A model generated the notes under the pieces. It was not told the origin of the DNA. It worked only from the letters and a program-made list of their open reading frames with translations, and did no database searches. A program made the position numbers and the translations under genes. Below are positions 1 to 14,210 of a DNA stretch of 64,000 nucleotides, in pieces (the first letter of the stretch is position 1; each line of letters opens with the position of its first letter). Location: assembly GCF_000315625.1 (NCBI RefSeq), contig NW_005434631.1:62001-126000 (forward strand). The letters run 5' to 3'. Source of the DNA: Guillardia theta CCMP2712. Its lineage: Eukaryota > Protista > Cryptophyta.

Positions 1-1064
1 TGCAGAGCAATTGACCAAGCAATGGCTCGCGTTCTTCAGCATAATATCCAACCCATCGTAGTATTGACTAAATAACATCCTCACTGTAGATAAGAAAGGA
101 ATTTGCCTTTACCTCAAAGACATCATATTCTGAATCCACCGCAAGGCTGCCAGAAACGTCATTAAGAAAAACAAAAAAGAAAATCTTGTATCCTCACTTA
201 TCACTCGCCAGAATATCACAGAGTTGACTGAGGGTGAATCTATCAGATACCAGGTCGGGTTGGAGAATACTTTGATACCTTAGATCAAGCTGTAGAAAGT
301 CTTCACTTTCTGATGCAATTTGAGTGAATTGATTGAATACAACCTGCCAACCAACATCCTCAGTCCCTGGCGAGAGCCGAAGAACGACACAGAACCTCTG
401 AAGCTGCTTCAATGAGTTCCTGACAGCCAACTTCTTGTCCAAATAAGCGCAATTTGAGAGCATTGGGAAGATCGAGACGCTGCTGCAGCCGCTGCACACA
501 GATACTTCTGACTGAGCTGAACCCGAGGTGTTCACTGGCTACTAACAAATTTACAAGTTCTTCCGTTCCATGAAGAACCAGCTGCCCGTTATAAATGAAG
601 TCGAGGATCCACTTGAAGGATCGTTTATCCACCCCCTCAAGCTTGATCACCTCTTCCTTACTCTCTCTGAATCCTCCAACTAAGAGTATCTTGAAAAAGT
701 CGCTCGAGGATGCTAGGATAACTCTATGCGCCCGGAAATCCTCGTCCTCTACTCGAATCGTGACGTCACAGAGTGATTCATCTTGAAACAATTGACTCAA
801 GCCTTGCAGCAATTCAGCTGCATGCTCCTGATGTTTCACCAGTATTGGCACTTTGCAGTCGTCTGCGTCTGTGGATCTCTTGCGCTTCTGTCCGACTTGA
901 GATTCCAAGGAACTTCTCCGAGCGGGAGAGTCAACGGTGAGGTCATCATCTCGATGTTCAGATGCGTACATCTGTAACTGCTGCGAGGTGCACGACTCAA
1001 ATGACGCGTTCGCATCGAATGACGCGTCCAGGTGGTTGCTGTCTTCTGGCCTGTCTGAGCTCAT
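1..1064 (-). CDS. BTB/POZ (probably BTB-BACK, Kelch-like family) protein; multi-exon, 3' end runs off the window
   Basis: ORF 360-1064 has a typical BTB signature: LCDVTIRVEDEDFRAHRVILASSSDFFKILLVGGFRES...IKLEGVD...ILDFIYNG. Coding-like sequence continues in another frame towards position 1. Confidence 0.85.
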
Positions 1065-1511
1065 TTCCTGTAAATACAGTCAAACGTTGAAGAACAACAA
1101 GCTATCACAGACACAAAGCAACTCTGGTTTCATCTGCAGACCTATGTTCCTTCCTTCGTCATACACTTTATGATTTGATCTACCACTCTATTGCCTTCCT
1201 TCTATCGATATTTTCTTTAGCGGTAATGCACAGCTCTCTTGCATTCCAAGACAATCAGATACCGTCTCTCATGTGTCAAGTGTCTCCCACTTCAATCTGC
1301 AAACAATGACAGTCGTCCATACATGTCCACCTTCTTGTTTCCTACCTGATTTTCCTTCTATCTCACGTTTCCTGAATACTCCTCTGGGCTCGTTTGCCTT
1401 CTTTTACCTATTTTCTAAAACTTCCTAAAACTTGTCCCAACTTTTCCTTCTTCTCTTGTCATACAGATTTTCCCGTCTAATCTGATGTGATTTATTCGAT
1501 ATGTGTGCCTT

Positions 1512-1561
1512 TCCGTCCGTCCGTCCGTCCGTCCGTCCGTCCGTCCGTCCGTCCGTCCGTC
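1512..1561. repeat. (TCCG)n microsatellite
   Basis: Perfect tetranucleotide run seen directly. Confidence 0.95.
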
Positions 1562-2093
1562 TTTCTCTCACTCACCCTCATTCTCACTCTCTCATTCTCT
1601 GATGCACTTCTTTCTTCTCTGCTTGCCCTCTCTTTTCGTTTTCGTCTCTTTCTCTGCATCTCCTTCCTGCCTCCTCCTCGTCTCCCATTGTAGCCGACAG
1701 CATTCTGTATGAAAACGTAAAGGTGTGGAAAAGGGGGGTGGGGTCATCATAGAGGGGGTAGAGAGTCAAAATTCTTCAAAATTGAAAAATATTTCGAAAC
1801 ATTATTAGGAAAATTGAAAGATAATTGATATAGACCCCCATCTTTTACAACCAAAAATGGGGTGACAAAACAAATTCAGAGCTAGGTGTCAACATCCACT
1901 TTCGTATTGCAAAACTGGGGTCATGCATTAAAGTGGTGGGAAGCTTGGGGGTGGGGGAACTGAATCTGTACAGGATGGAAGCGAAAGGGGAATATTGCTC
2001 AATGGCTGCGTTCGCAATCCTTTGGTGGACAAAGTCTAGTAACCCCGGAGATGATTTGAGGACATGAGAACGATTTAATGCAATTCATAGTTC

Positions 2094-5000
2094 TCACAAT
2101 CTGATGGAACCTCGAGCCTTCTCCAAGATCTCTGTCTTGATCTTTTCATATCTTGAAAAGAAGGTCAAGAGGGTAAACATGAAAAAGTTCGTCATCTTGT
2201 CTTACCCTGGTTGAAGCTTTAACACCGCATGGCAGATGTTGATTGCATCGATGTATCGCTTTGCCTGTTCCCAATAGAGTTGAGCATGGGGGGAATGCGC
2301 AAACAAACAACACGGCACACCTTTAGAAAGTTGAAAGCTAGTTTGTATCCAACAGACGCATTGCGCTTATTGTCAAATTGCCATGCCATTTCATACACCT
2401 ACCAACAGTCAGCAGGGAGTGTGAAAGATCTTGCGATCGAGACCTGAGCAGCATCGGCATAGGATGCTTCCTTCTCATAGATCAATCCCTGATACTCCCA
2501 CGCCTTTGAAATGACGTCAGCAAAGGGTCATCCTGTGCTTGACGCACAACCTTTGCACAGGATTTGTTGTGTGTCAGACACTTGCGGCACAATTCCTGGC
2601 AGCCAAGGCATCAATGGTGAGAGGCGATAGACGAGCAGACCTGAGCGAGGTCATTCTTGTTTGACTGGATGTAGATGTCTGCTAGGAGCAAGTACGACTT
2701 CTCGAATTCCTCTGCTTCCTCAGAGTTGTACTGTGCTGTGCGTCATTGCTCGTCGAAAAAATCTCGCATCAAAACCTGCATCTTTGAGATTCTCTTCAGG
2801 TGATTTCTGGCTTTAGCATCCTGCGATATGTAAGAATCGCTAGCGGGAGAAGATCGCATAGTACAGGACCTGCTTGAGGAGTCGGAGAGCCAAGGACAAA
2901 CCAAGAAGAGCTGAAACAGAATCCTGAAGTAGAAGCTTCATCAACGTTTTCACTCTTTCTCACTGCCTCCAAATTACCTTCTCTATGTTCAGAATGTCCG
3001 TGAACAAATTCACTGCATTCTCCACCGAGCTCTTCGTCTGTTCAAAGTTGGTTCAACACCTTCGAAGAGAGAGGACGATATCCACCTGTAGACAGAGCTG
3101 CTCATATGCTGCATAGAGTTGTAACTTGACCGGTTTTTCTGTTCCTTTGTCGCCCAATTCCTGTAACAAGCACTTGAGTGACTTTCACATGCATGAGCGA
3201 TGTTGCGGATTGCCTTTCTCAGATCACTTGCCATCTTCACGTTGTCAATCTTCTTCTGGGTCGACCTGACATGTGCTGTCAAGAGGGCTCGGCGGGGACT
3301 TGAAAGGACTTACAACAATTCCTCTCCTACTTCATCCGTGTCCAAGTAAATCTCTATCATTTGGGTGATAGCCTTGGCCCCCCATTCTCCATCTTTCCTT
3401 GCCTGGCAAACCGTCTCACCATGCATCATCCCCACAGCCACTCACCTGATTGAGTTCCTCTAGCGCCTCCGTCAAGTTCCTAGAGAATCTGCAGAAGAGA
3501 CCCTTGCAGTAGTGGAATCCAGCGTCGAATGAGGCACGGGCTGGAAGCAAAACATGAGAACTAGGTAGTCAAATCGCGACACAAAGCGATGCGAGAGGTT
3601 TGAAAGTCGTTCACCTGATGATCTTTCGGCAAGTTTGAGAAAACGTGTCGCTTCGCTTATCCTCCCTTTCTTCTGCTCCGAGAGCAGCGTCAAACTTTGA
3701 ACATCTCTTCCTCCTCACTTCACCTTGGTGTCCAGCAGCCGTCCAGCACGACGGACAAGCAGAATGAGCTGCTCCAGCGCCTTGTAGTTGTTGGGGTTTC
3801 TCTCGAGGATCTGCGCGAAGTACTTGATGGCATCATCGAAGTCGTTGCTGCGGAACATGATGTCTGCCAGCATCATGGTTGCTGCCTCGACTTCTAGGTC
3901 AAACTTGAGCAAGGCCGAGCATTGCTTCTTCGCCTCGTCCAGCTCGTCTCTGTCCATATGCAGACGCGCGAGGGACAACATGGCATCTGCATGCTTCTCA
4001 TCATGTTTCAGCGCCTCGCCGTAGAATCGAAGGGACTCTGTGTAGTTCTTGATGCTCTCCATGTATTTCGCCAAGTCCGAGCAGATGTTGGCAGCGAGAG
4101 TGCGCTGGTGGCGCAGCAAGGAAGAAGCTTCTCCTCTCATCCGCCCGAGAATCTTGAGCTGCTCTTCTCGAGCAAGCATCAGAGAATCCTTGTAACGTTC
4201 TTGCTTCCCCGCAAGCTTGTGGACCTGACCGGAATAATCAGAGCGCTTGATGCCATACTCGCGACTTCACCTTTGCCTCCAACAAGTAGATCTTGGTGGA
4301 TGATATCATCGCTTCCACATTGTCCGCAGCTTGCAGGAATTTCTTTGCCTTTGCGCAAACATCGAGGGCCGAATCATATTTACCGAGCTTCATGAACAAC
4401 TCAGCAAGGGACAGCCGAAGGCTCTGAAAGAGTTTCACTGGACCATTCAGGAGCTGACAAGGCAGGATGTACCAGGACGTTGGGCTGTTGCTCCGACGCA
4501 GACTGCAAGTACTGGATAGCTCCATCAAAGTCGTGCGAGCTGACCATGGCCTGAAACCTCGGATTACATCTTGTCTCCTCCCTCTTACATGTTTGCGGAA
4601 GAGACCTGTCCGATCTTCGCGGCCAAGTTCGTTCCTGATCCTTTGCCGGTTGTATCTTCAAGCTCTTTGGCTCTCTTGAACTTTTCCACAGCCATATTTG
4701 GTTCTTGGAGCCTCAGGTATGCCTCTGCTAGCATGCAGAGAGTGGCGATGGTCTCGTTTCGCTCTACAAGCTCCTCATAGCAGCGGAGATACAACTTCTT
4801 GTTGTGACGATGATTGAGGTGAATGTTGGCCACAGCAATCTGAAAATGACGAGAAATATCAGAGAGAAAGAGAGCGGTAGTCTTCCATCTTCACCTTGGC
4901 CTTCACATAGTAGGGGGAGTCTGAGCTGATACCCTTGAGTAGGATCAGAGCAGACTGGACGTCTCCTCTCTTCAACGCTAGTTCAGCATCCAGGAGGATG

Positions 5001-7505
5001 ATCTGCGCGTGGGAGGGAGTGCCATGGAACTCTCCCTTTGCATCTTGAATCGTCTTGCTTGCCTCATGTGTCTGTCCAAGTTCATTCTGGACCTGATGAA
5101 AATGGTGCGGTGATGCAAGCTCAATGGCAATCGGTCTTGTTTGTACCTTGGCAAGATGAATGAAGATCGATGCCCGTTGGTCCTGCGAAGGAGCGTTTCT
5201 TGCAGTTGACGCCTTCAGAAAGGATTCAGCCTTCTTCTCAGAAAATATCTCTCCTCCTGCTCGTTCACCTTCTTGACTCCAGGCAACTTCATAGCGCTTT
5301 CTAGCACCTTCAAAGCTTGACTCCACTCGCCACTCTAGGAGGAGATACCAAATCAGAGGCTTACTTGCCAAGGTCAGTACAAGACCCTCTCGTGAATGAT
5401 GCTCTTGAGGAGGAAATATACGGGCGATTCCCGGATCTCGAAATTGTGGGAAAGAGCCTGCAGGCGATCAGTATCTCCCGTCTAAACACCAGCTATGGCA
5501 ACCAGCTCGAGAGAAGAGTTTGCGTCATTGAACCTTCCCATTTCCATGTAAATTTGTGCCATGAGCATGTGCGAAGCATAGTGGGTAGGATCCATCTTCA
5601 AGCGCATGAAGTCAAACACACAGTATCTCACTGTCCTGTCCCCTGCCCCCTCTTCCTCTTATCCTAACCTGAATGGCATCCGTGAGCGCTGATTGCGCAC
5701 CCTCGAAGTCTCTGGCCAAGTATCTCGATTTCGCCAGCAGAATTTGTACTTCTAGCATGCCGGGAGCAAGTTTGGACACTCCATCCAATATCTTGATCGC
5801 TTTTGACAAGACAGGAGATGGAGATTCTCCTTCCGGGGGACACTCACTTCCAGCGTACTCGAGCAGGTCTCTCGCTATCTGAACGCAAGAGATCAATAAC
5901 GCTGTCATCATTATGCAATCCATGACTGGGTCTGTTTGTTGCTAATCTACTCGCCTGCAATAAGAAGTCTGGATTGAAGCGAATGATATAATCGAATGAG
6001 ATGGAAGACTTGTTGAACTGTTCCATGTGGAATGTTGCCTATAAAACAAAAACGTGGGAATCCAGCAATTTCGTCACAAATTACGAGAATGTCTCACTGT
6101 TTCTTCCAGTTTCATGATGGAGGATTCTGTATTCTTTTCCAACTTCATCGCTAAGAGCGCACCGATGTAGCACAACTCGGTCGATTTGCCCGTTGCTGAG
6201 TCGCCATGTATGGCATTCAAAAATTCAAATTGCTGTGACGCTTCTTCCATATCTCCAAGAAAGATCTGCATTTGCAGAGACAGAACATTCAGCTATTACA
6301 TGCAAGCTCGATACCACAGACAGGTTACATACCTGACATATAATTTTCCAGTACGCCGCATTCATGTTCAGTTCATCAAGATTGTACGCCTCCTGATATC
6401 TCTGCAATGCCTCTTTGAAGTTGGACATCAAGAAATATTGATATGCCAATTCTGCCATGTAGACAGATGACCTTTCCATCTCCGTAACCTTCCATCAAAG
6501 TCACTGGCATGCAAGACAGAAGATGTCAGTCGCTACCATCTTCATCATTTGTATGCATTGATTCAATATTGTTGTGTTTCTTGCACACAGGCGGGAGAAG
6601 ACAGAGGCACACGTGCAGATAATCTCAGGGTTGTAAGGCTCGCACTCCTTGATGATTTCAAAGAGTTCTCCGATTCGTTGAGATGCCACTGAAAATTTGC
6701 TTTCCTTCACCAGGGCGTGCAGCGCAGACATCATGAGAGCGTCCAAGTTATTTCCGTCCAAGTTCAAGGCTCTATTCACAGACTCGATGGCTTGATCCCA
6801 GTCCCCTCCAGCAATCAGCAGCCTTGCTTTCTCTGTGATCGCAGGAGCAAACCAGCTGAATTTGACGATGAATTGATTCATGAACTCAATTGCCTCGGGC
6901 AGCGGCTTGTATCTCTCCAAGAAAGCTGCCTTTCCAAGGACCGCTTCGATATCATTCGGATTTGCTTCCATGGCTGCCTCGAACAGCTCGATGGATTTCT
7001 TCGCCTTGATCTCTGTCCCAGACAGAAGCTCGATCCAGCCATTCACGCTCTTTGCCTGCGGGTAGTTTGGTTGGAACTCTAGCACTTTCGAAATGTAATC
7101 TCTTGCTTTCTTGAAATCATTTCTTAGCAGGCACACAAGAGCTCCCATGAAGAATGAACCCTCTTTGTTCTGCTTCTCCTCATCGAAAATCGCCTTCGTC
7201 ACAGACTGCACAGCTTCCCTGTCGACAAACTTTGTTTTCTCATGCGCGGCTTTCAGGCACACCAGCGCTGCGAGCTGCACAGCAGGATTTCCTCTCAGAG
7301 CTTCAAATTCACTGACAGCTTCTGTAATCCTCCCTTCCATCATGACCGCGTACGCCCTCCAGAAGAGCAGCACTGGATCATTCACACGTTTGTTGAGGAG
7401 CTGGCTACAAGCTACGTGTATATGCCTGTGCATCTTCTTGCGAGCGAAGTACAACAGCAAAGACTGTGCTCCCATCGCATCTGGTGCAAGAAGTACCGAC
7501 GCCAT
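2094..7505 (-). CDS. TTC21B: Intraflagellar transport protein IFT139 / TTC21B (TPR protein), many short introns
   Basis: The first exon (6501-7505) has [11 protein letters not shown]...GWIELLSG and successive TPR-rich exons follow. The last exon translates [18 protein letters not shown], like the TTC21 C-terminus; stop codon at 2094-2096. Exon borders are approximate. Confidence 0.88.
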
Positions 7506-8174
7506 GACTGAACGACCTCTGCCCGTTGGGAGCCGCCTGCGACCCTGTTTGGATTACGATACAAGGTAAGTTGAGATCTCCTGCTGCAGGCACTTGCTCC
7601 TCACGTGACAGATCTTATCGGATCTCTCCTCGACAGGAAGTATGAGACGTTCCTCAACAGCTGAGACACTAGAGCATGCGACTTCACCGGCCATGCGCGC
7701 CGTCGGCGGAGCTCCTTCCCGCCATTCCTAACTGCCCCATGTCCTCCCAGTACTTAAGGAAATGAATTTTAGTTTTGAAATTTCGAAATCTCCTGCGAAT
7801 CAGTTCAATTTTTATAACGAAATCGGAAACTGTTTTTAATCTGAACATTTGTGATCCAATTTCAAACTTAGGAATGAAATTTGGACAAAATTTTGCACAA
7901 CTTCGATAGACAAGCTAGTGGGCCGCTTCAAAATTTTGACCCGGAAGTAATGCAGACGCGGGACTGGGAGGCCCATCATCACAAGAGACATTGGGCGAGG
8001 GGAAGGGAGGGGAGGGGAGGAGAGGAGAGGCAGAGCGATGGTCACAATCGAAGAAGCAAGAATGTCATCGAGTCATGTCTTTACTTGTTTCTCTAACTTT
8101 CCTTACTGTATCAGTGGGTAAAGGAGTGCCGCTTCTCAAATTCATCGCTTCATGCGGCAACAAGAAATTATCTC

Positions 8175-10027
8175 ATGACGACAAGGTATGAAACTAACTC
8201 TGCTCTGTTCGCTATGTCGGACGAGGGCATCAGATCTGGGGAAGTAATAGGAGAGCTCTGCAATGTTCTCACACAATTCCACCAGAAAGTGCACGCCAAC
8301 TTCAACTGCTGTGTATGGCACGCCCATGAATTCCTCCTGGATTCGGCGAACTCAAATGTGATAGTGGCAGACAGCTTGAATGGAAGTCCACATGGGGCAT
8401 ATCGATGGAGACCGAGGAGCTGTACGTCGCATGATTGGCTGATACAGTTTCTCACGTCTACCAGCACGCTGCAGATCAGTCAAGAGCGATCCCTTGACAC
8501 TTTACAACATTCTGGTCACAGTCAGGCCTTGGGCTTGCAGTGCAGCTCATGCGCGAGTTTAAGACGTCAGCAGCTCGAGAGCGACAGGACTATCAGCGAG
8601 TTGAACAAGAAGTTGCTGCTGATTGAGAACGAACGAACGAAGTCTCAAGAAGCTCTCGCTCGATCGGAGGAGGAAAAAACTGCATTGAAGAAAGAAGTTT
8701 CCATCCTAAAGTCCAAGGTCTTGTCTGATTCAAAGGCGAAACATACTCTTGCTGAGAAAAATGGTAGCGATTGGAAACAACAAGACCTTGCTGCCAACAT
8801 GGGAGATTGGATGAACTTGCGCAAGGAAGCAGAGCTGGTCATCGACGGCATCAAGCATGAACGACAGCAGCAGCACCAGCTACATCATGATGGAGATGCT
8901 GTCCAAGAGCTGATGGCAAGGATGAAAATGATGGAAGCGGAGCACAACCAAAGGATTGCTGAGCTCAAGTTGCAGTTGGAAGGGAACGAGAAGCAAGTCA
9001 AGAACGTTGTCAAGTATGCCATCAGACTGTGCACAGATGCTGCGAGATGCAGCAAAGACTCACTCGCTGTGCTGAGGAACATCGTGAAGGAGCTCATTCC
9101 CGATGATTACGACAGCATGTACTACGGCAACTTGATGAATTCGAATGTCCATCTCCACAATGTTGAGACGTGGTCAAGATCCAAGGCCATGATCTCCCAA
9201 GTCGTCAGCTCCACCATCGAGGTGCCTTCCCCTCTCATTCTTTTCTTCCTTCCTTGAGACTGACGGACTTACCTCAGAACAAGAACACAGTCCTCGTGGT
9301 GCAGGAGACGCTCGTCTCGCTGCTCAGACCCTCCGAGGATGTAGAAGTCGCTTCCTCCAAGAAGTTCCTGTATCCTCAGGCTGACATGGCGAAGCCGCAT
9401 GATCCCTCGCTCTCGTTCGGCATGCAGTCCATTGAGATCACACCTCCCTCTGGCTTCGCGGTCTCTCGAGCTCTTGATGGAGGATTGAAGGTCAAGACTG
9501 AAGGGAGGAGGCAGCATTCAGCCCTCCCTCCGACACGGTTCCACATGGCAGAGGATGCGATCTTCGAGGAATTGGAGGGTGCGAAGGAGCAAAGAGACAG
9601 GGCAGCATCAAGGAGGAAGGCACCTGCTCCTTCAGACACTCACGATGCCTCTCTCAGTCCCTACGACCCCACGACAAGTTGGAGGGGAGGAGCTCTCCAG
9701 CAAGAGACCAGCTCCACTGGTCACCCTGCCTGGGATCAGAGAAGCTATGGGGACGAGTCCGCGTCGTCGCAGCCCATCTCATCGTTGACAGTCGGCAGGG
9801 TCCAGGAGGCAACCTCACGGACGAGCGCAGGAGGAGGAGGAGGAGGAGGAGAGCAGGAACGCGAGCGGGTGATGGGCGAGGTTGAAACGAGCGGAGGTGA
9901 GGCGATGGCGGGCACAGGAGTGAGGGCTTCTACTGCACGGCAGATCATGAAGGCCCTAAGCTCAGGGAAGAACTTCACAGTGAAGACTCAACGGGCGGCA
10001 GGCTACGACGATCTAACGTTGTTGTAA
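8175..10027 (+). CDS. Hypothetical coiled-coil host protein (spliced)
   Basis: Consecutive ORFs 8175-9257 and 9170-10027 with coiled-coil composition, probably joined by short introns. No family recognised. Confidence 0.55.
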
Positions 10028-10169
10028 GGTACACGACTAACTACATACATGAAGCTATCTTGACAAGAGGAGGGCAGGACACGGAGAGGGAGGAGGGGAG
10101 GGGAGAGAAGTGAGAGGAGGGAGCAGAAGGCGATCGATCTCGTTTGCCTCATCTGCTCTGACTGTAGTT

Positions 10170-13100
10170 CCTGCTCCTCTTGGATGTATACTTCGACTTG
10201 ACGTCCGGGTCGAACACGAAGCCCACGGAGTTGTCCCAGTCGTATCCTCTGTGATGCTCGTCATGCCGCTGACCAATCCTCCCTCTTCTCCTCCTGACTC
10301 CTATCATGGCATCTCCCTCCCCCCCCCAATCCCCTGGTTGTCCTCCACTTTCTCCACCTCTTCACTCCATTGCCTCCTCCCACCGAACGGTCTCCTCAAT
10401 GCATCGCATCCTCCTCTCAATCCTCCTCCTTCACTCACGTTCCGCCATATCGTGCTCCTTTGGTTGGCCGGAATCCCATGTGACGCAAGCACATGTTGAA
10501 ACTCCCCTAAAGCACGATCAGGGCGACGAGGAAGAAGCACAGAACTTGTTTCATCAGGAAGAGGGCAGCAAACATGAAGATGAAACGATTGCGAGCAAGG
10601 GGCGATGAGCGACATGTGCACAATCTGCACCTGCTTGTAAGTGACTTCGTTGCCGTTGGTGAACCATTTCTTCCTCTCCACATCCCATCGCTCGAAGCTT
10701 CGCTGGGCGTCAAGAGAGCAGGAGGGTTCGAGCAGTACCTGATGATGGACCAGCCAGTGATGTTGGAGGGAGAGTGCGCGCATAGGTTCTTGCTTGCAAT
10801 GGGACAGACATTCTTCTGTGCAGTAGCAGATAGCCTCCTCGCTCTGACCTGCTCGCTCTTTTCCTCCCCTTCCCTGCCATTGAGGGACCTCATTGCTCCA
10901 TCCCCTCCTGAACTCTGCAAGGGATCATCGCGGAGATCTGCGAGACACGCCTTCTTCCTCGCGGTCTCCCCTTCCTCTTGCGAGTTGCCATCTGTCCCCT
11001 CCTTTGCGCCGTCCCCAAGGGCAGCAGCAGAACCCTCCGGCAGCGTGTGCAAGGTCAGGATGCCGATGTCGTGCCATCGGAACAATTCTTCGATAAATGA
11101 CTTCTCCTGCAGGACGTTGAGAGTGGTTTGACATCTCCTCCCTTTTGATCTATCCCTCGCTGCACTTTCCCCCCACTTCCCCTCTTCCTCATCGCCCTAC
11201 CCCCGCCCCCTCCTTGTCACTTCTGCACCCTGCACCTGATTCTTCTTGAAGAGAGTTCCTCCTGCTACCCGCGCCTTCCATTTCTCTTGCTTCTGCCGTG
11301 CACTTCCAATGTACTGACACGCGATCAGACCCAGAAAGAAATCTGTATCATCGAAATCTGTATCATCGACGTCTTACCTGTTGTAGTTGCCCCAATCTCT
11401 CAGAGTTCACCCTCTCGTCTCCGCTCTTGTTGTAGTCCATCTGATAGCGAAACAACTCATCTCCCTTCATGTCTTGCCATGCGACATGCACTGCAAACCC
11501 TGATGTCAGCACTTGACGATGATCCCGTGAAGATCCAAAGTAAAGATGTGAGTTGCAAATCAGAGAATGCATTCACCTCCAACGCTTGAGCGCTGCACAG
11601 GTAAGTCCCAGATGCTGCAACAACCACATCATGTTCAACACAATCCCCCCCTCCCCTCCCCTCCCATTCTGTCCCCATCCAAATACCCACTTCAACACAT
11701 TCCAACTTATTTCTTCGCTCACTGAAAAACAAAAGTCGTTCATCTCACCTGTTTTGATGCACCATGTTGTTCTTCGAGACAGCATCAGCCTTGTTCGACT
11801 TGTCGTCTTTCTCTTCCACGATCTCCTTCCATGACATCGAAGGCTGCAGCAAAACTTCTATACTGCTCGGCCCGTTTGCCTCGCGCCTTGCATTCACCAA
11901 CGTCTGCGGAGATGAGATAAGCAACTTTCACACGTCGACACTGATTCATAACTTACGCTCGAGCTCGTGTTGCTGTTCATTGCGATACTCCTCGCATCTG
12001 CTTGTGGAAAGCTTTCCAAGATAGCAGCTGGGGCCTCCGGCACTGTCGATTTTTCCTGCATCGTAATCCCAGGCTGTGCAGTAGGGTCGCTAGATTGTTT
12101 TGCACTGGTCAAGGAGCTCTGGAGCGAAGAGAGGATGTTGTCATTGCTGTTCATAACAAGATTCAGGACTGTCTGCCCATCAGTCCGAAGCTCTTCTGTG
12201 CTCTTGATAATCTCTGCAACAACACATTCAGCACCGTGGCAATGTCACCGACCGCGCCAACCCCTCCCACCTTGTTCCATGTCAACCTTGGACGTGGAGG
12301 CCTCAAACCGAGGAAGCGAGCCCGGGGTCGAGGAGCTACGATCCAAGAAGATGGGATGCAGGGGCTGTTTCTCCCTTGCCTCCTCCATGAATCGAATGCT
12401 CGCATTCGCTGCCTGCTCGAACCCTACACCAATGGCACATCAGGGCTGACCCTTCTCCGTCGCCTCCTCTCCTCACCGGCAACGGGCAGGTGCATCCCTG
12501 GCTGCTCCTTCTGCTGCTGCAGGCGCATCTTCGCATGCTGCTCGATGAGGGGCAGCTGAGGCTGTATGGTGATCCCCTACAAGCAAGTGAGCATGGAGCT
12601 TCTGAACATCCTTGACAAATATCGAGCAAGGATTCGATCTTTGACGCGCTGCTGGTCAACGTACCAGGGAAGGAAGGGTGGACGGGTTCTCAGGGTTGAG
12701 AGCGCGCAAGGTGGGAGCGCTCTCTTTTTCACTTGGCTGATGCTGCGCCTGTGGAACTTCTTTGTTGATAGCGATGAGGGGGATGGCAGGGACCCCGGGG
12801 TTCCGGCAGTTCAGCCTGTGCACAAGGACGTCAGTGAGGCACCTGATGATCATTCTCGTCTTCACCGAAGTTCTCAACACCGGAGCTCCGAATGACATGG
12901 AGCAAGCAAGTCTTCTGCCGCCTTCACTTGCCGGGACCCTCGTTGCGGTCAACGAGGAGGACCTCGAGGCGTTCGCATCTCTCTGCGACGAGATCATCTT
13001 GGGAAGCCCAGGCAGGAAACTTCCGCTGCTTATGGACTTCATCCCGCTAGACCCGAAGTTTCCCTCTCCTCTCGCTCTTGCAAGGAGCTCCGCTGGATCC

Positions 13101-13530
13101 TGCGGAGCTGCCGTCCCCACGCTGGGCGGCTTGAACGGCAGGTGGCATTTGCCAATCCCGACGCTTTCGCAGATACCCATGCTGATGATGCCAGCAGAGG
13201 GGAGGTTCGAACTCACTCCCTCAGACATTCTCTTGTTATCCAATTTTTCTTCAAAATTTCTCGTTCTTCCAATCGAAAGTGGTCAATATCCCTTCCAACC
13301 CTGGAGCGTGACTGCCATGATCACTGAGTGACTGGCGCTTCATCTCGTCATCTTCTCGTTTATACGCAAGTAAGTATGTAGCCCTTTCATTATCTCACGA
13401 GCCCAACTTGAGATCCTGAAATGGGCAGCTGAAAACAATGAGTCAGGCGATGAGAAAGAAAGCTCCTTTGAACACAAGAGGAATGCAATCTTCAGGCATG
13501 TCATTCTCACATTCATGAGATTTTCCAGCT
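10170..13530 (-). CDS. One or two hypothetical multi-exon host genes
   Basis: Chain of minus-strand coding-like ORFs (10304-10783, 10507-11085, 11363-11572, 11894-12154, 12656-13243) with host-like GC. Structure and ends are uncertain. Confidence 0.4.
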
Positions 13531-14110
13531 ACATTATCCACCATCGAACTTGGTTTGGTGTCAAAAAAAAAGTTTGCGTTTCTTGAGGGCATTTCTTTTG
13601 AAATGAAAGGTGCGCCCTGCTCCTATTCTACTGAACGCTATATCCGTGTCACTGTCACTGTCTCTGTCTCTGTCTCTGTTCCCTTCTCTTTTCTCAGATG
13701 TTCTCTCTTTCTCTCTTTCTCGTTCTTCCTCGTTCCATCCATTGTCCCCTCTTCATTCGCCTCGTTTCGAGCTTCCATGGCGCCATGGCCCCATCCCTCG
13801 CTATCTCTCGCACTACTCTTAGAGTATTTATATTAAAGACCTTAAAGACCAAAATGCACAATATGGGTTTTTTTGAATTTTAAAAATGCAAAAACTGGAG
13901 TTGTATGCATTTCCTTACAATTAAAATTAAACCAAAAAGATAAAATGTATTATTGCTAAATAATACATATATTCTATATAATTTAACAATAAATCTATTA
14001 CCAGAATGGTAATACCTTACCTTCACACTGAATTTAGATGTGCGTCATCTATAGCCACCCTTACAACCCTCTCAAACATATACTTTGCATAATTTGTAAC
14101 ATACAATACA

Positions 14111-14189
14111 TATACTATACTATATACTATATACTATACTATATACTATATACTATACTATATATTACTATATATTACTATATACTATA
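14111..14189. repeat. (TATAC)n/(TATATAC)n AT-rich microsatellite
   Basis: Seen directly. Confidence 0.85.
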
Positions 14190-14210
14190 AAATATCATAT
14201 ATTTTATAAT

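Noticed and set aside
1487-1769. ORFs over the (TCCG)n and CT-rich tract
   Set aside because: Low-complexity microsatellite translations.
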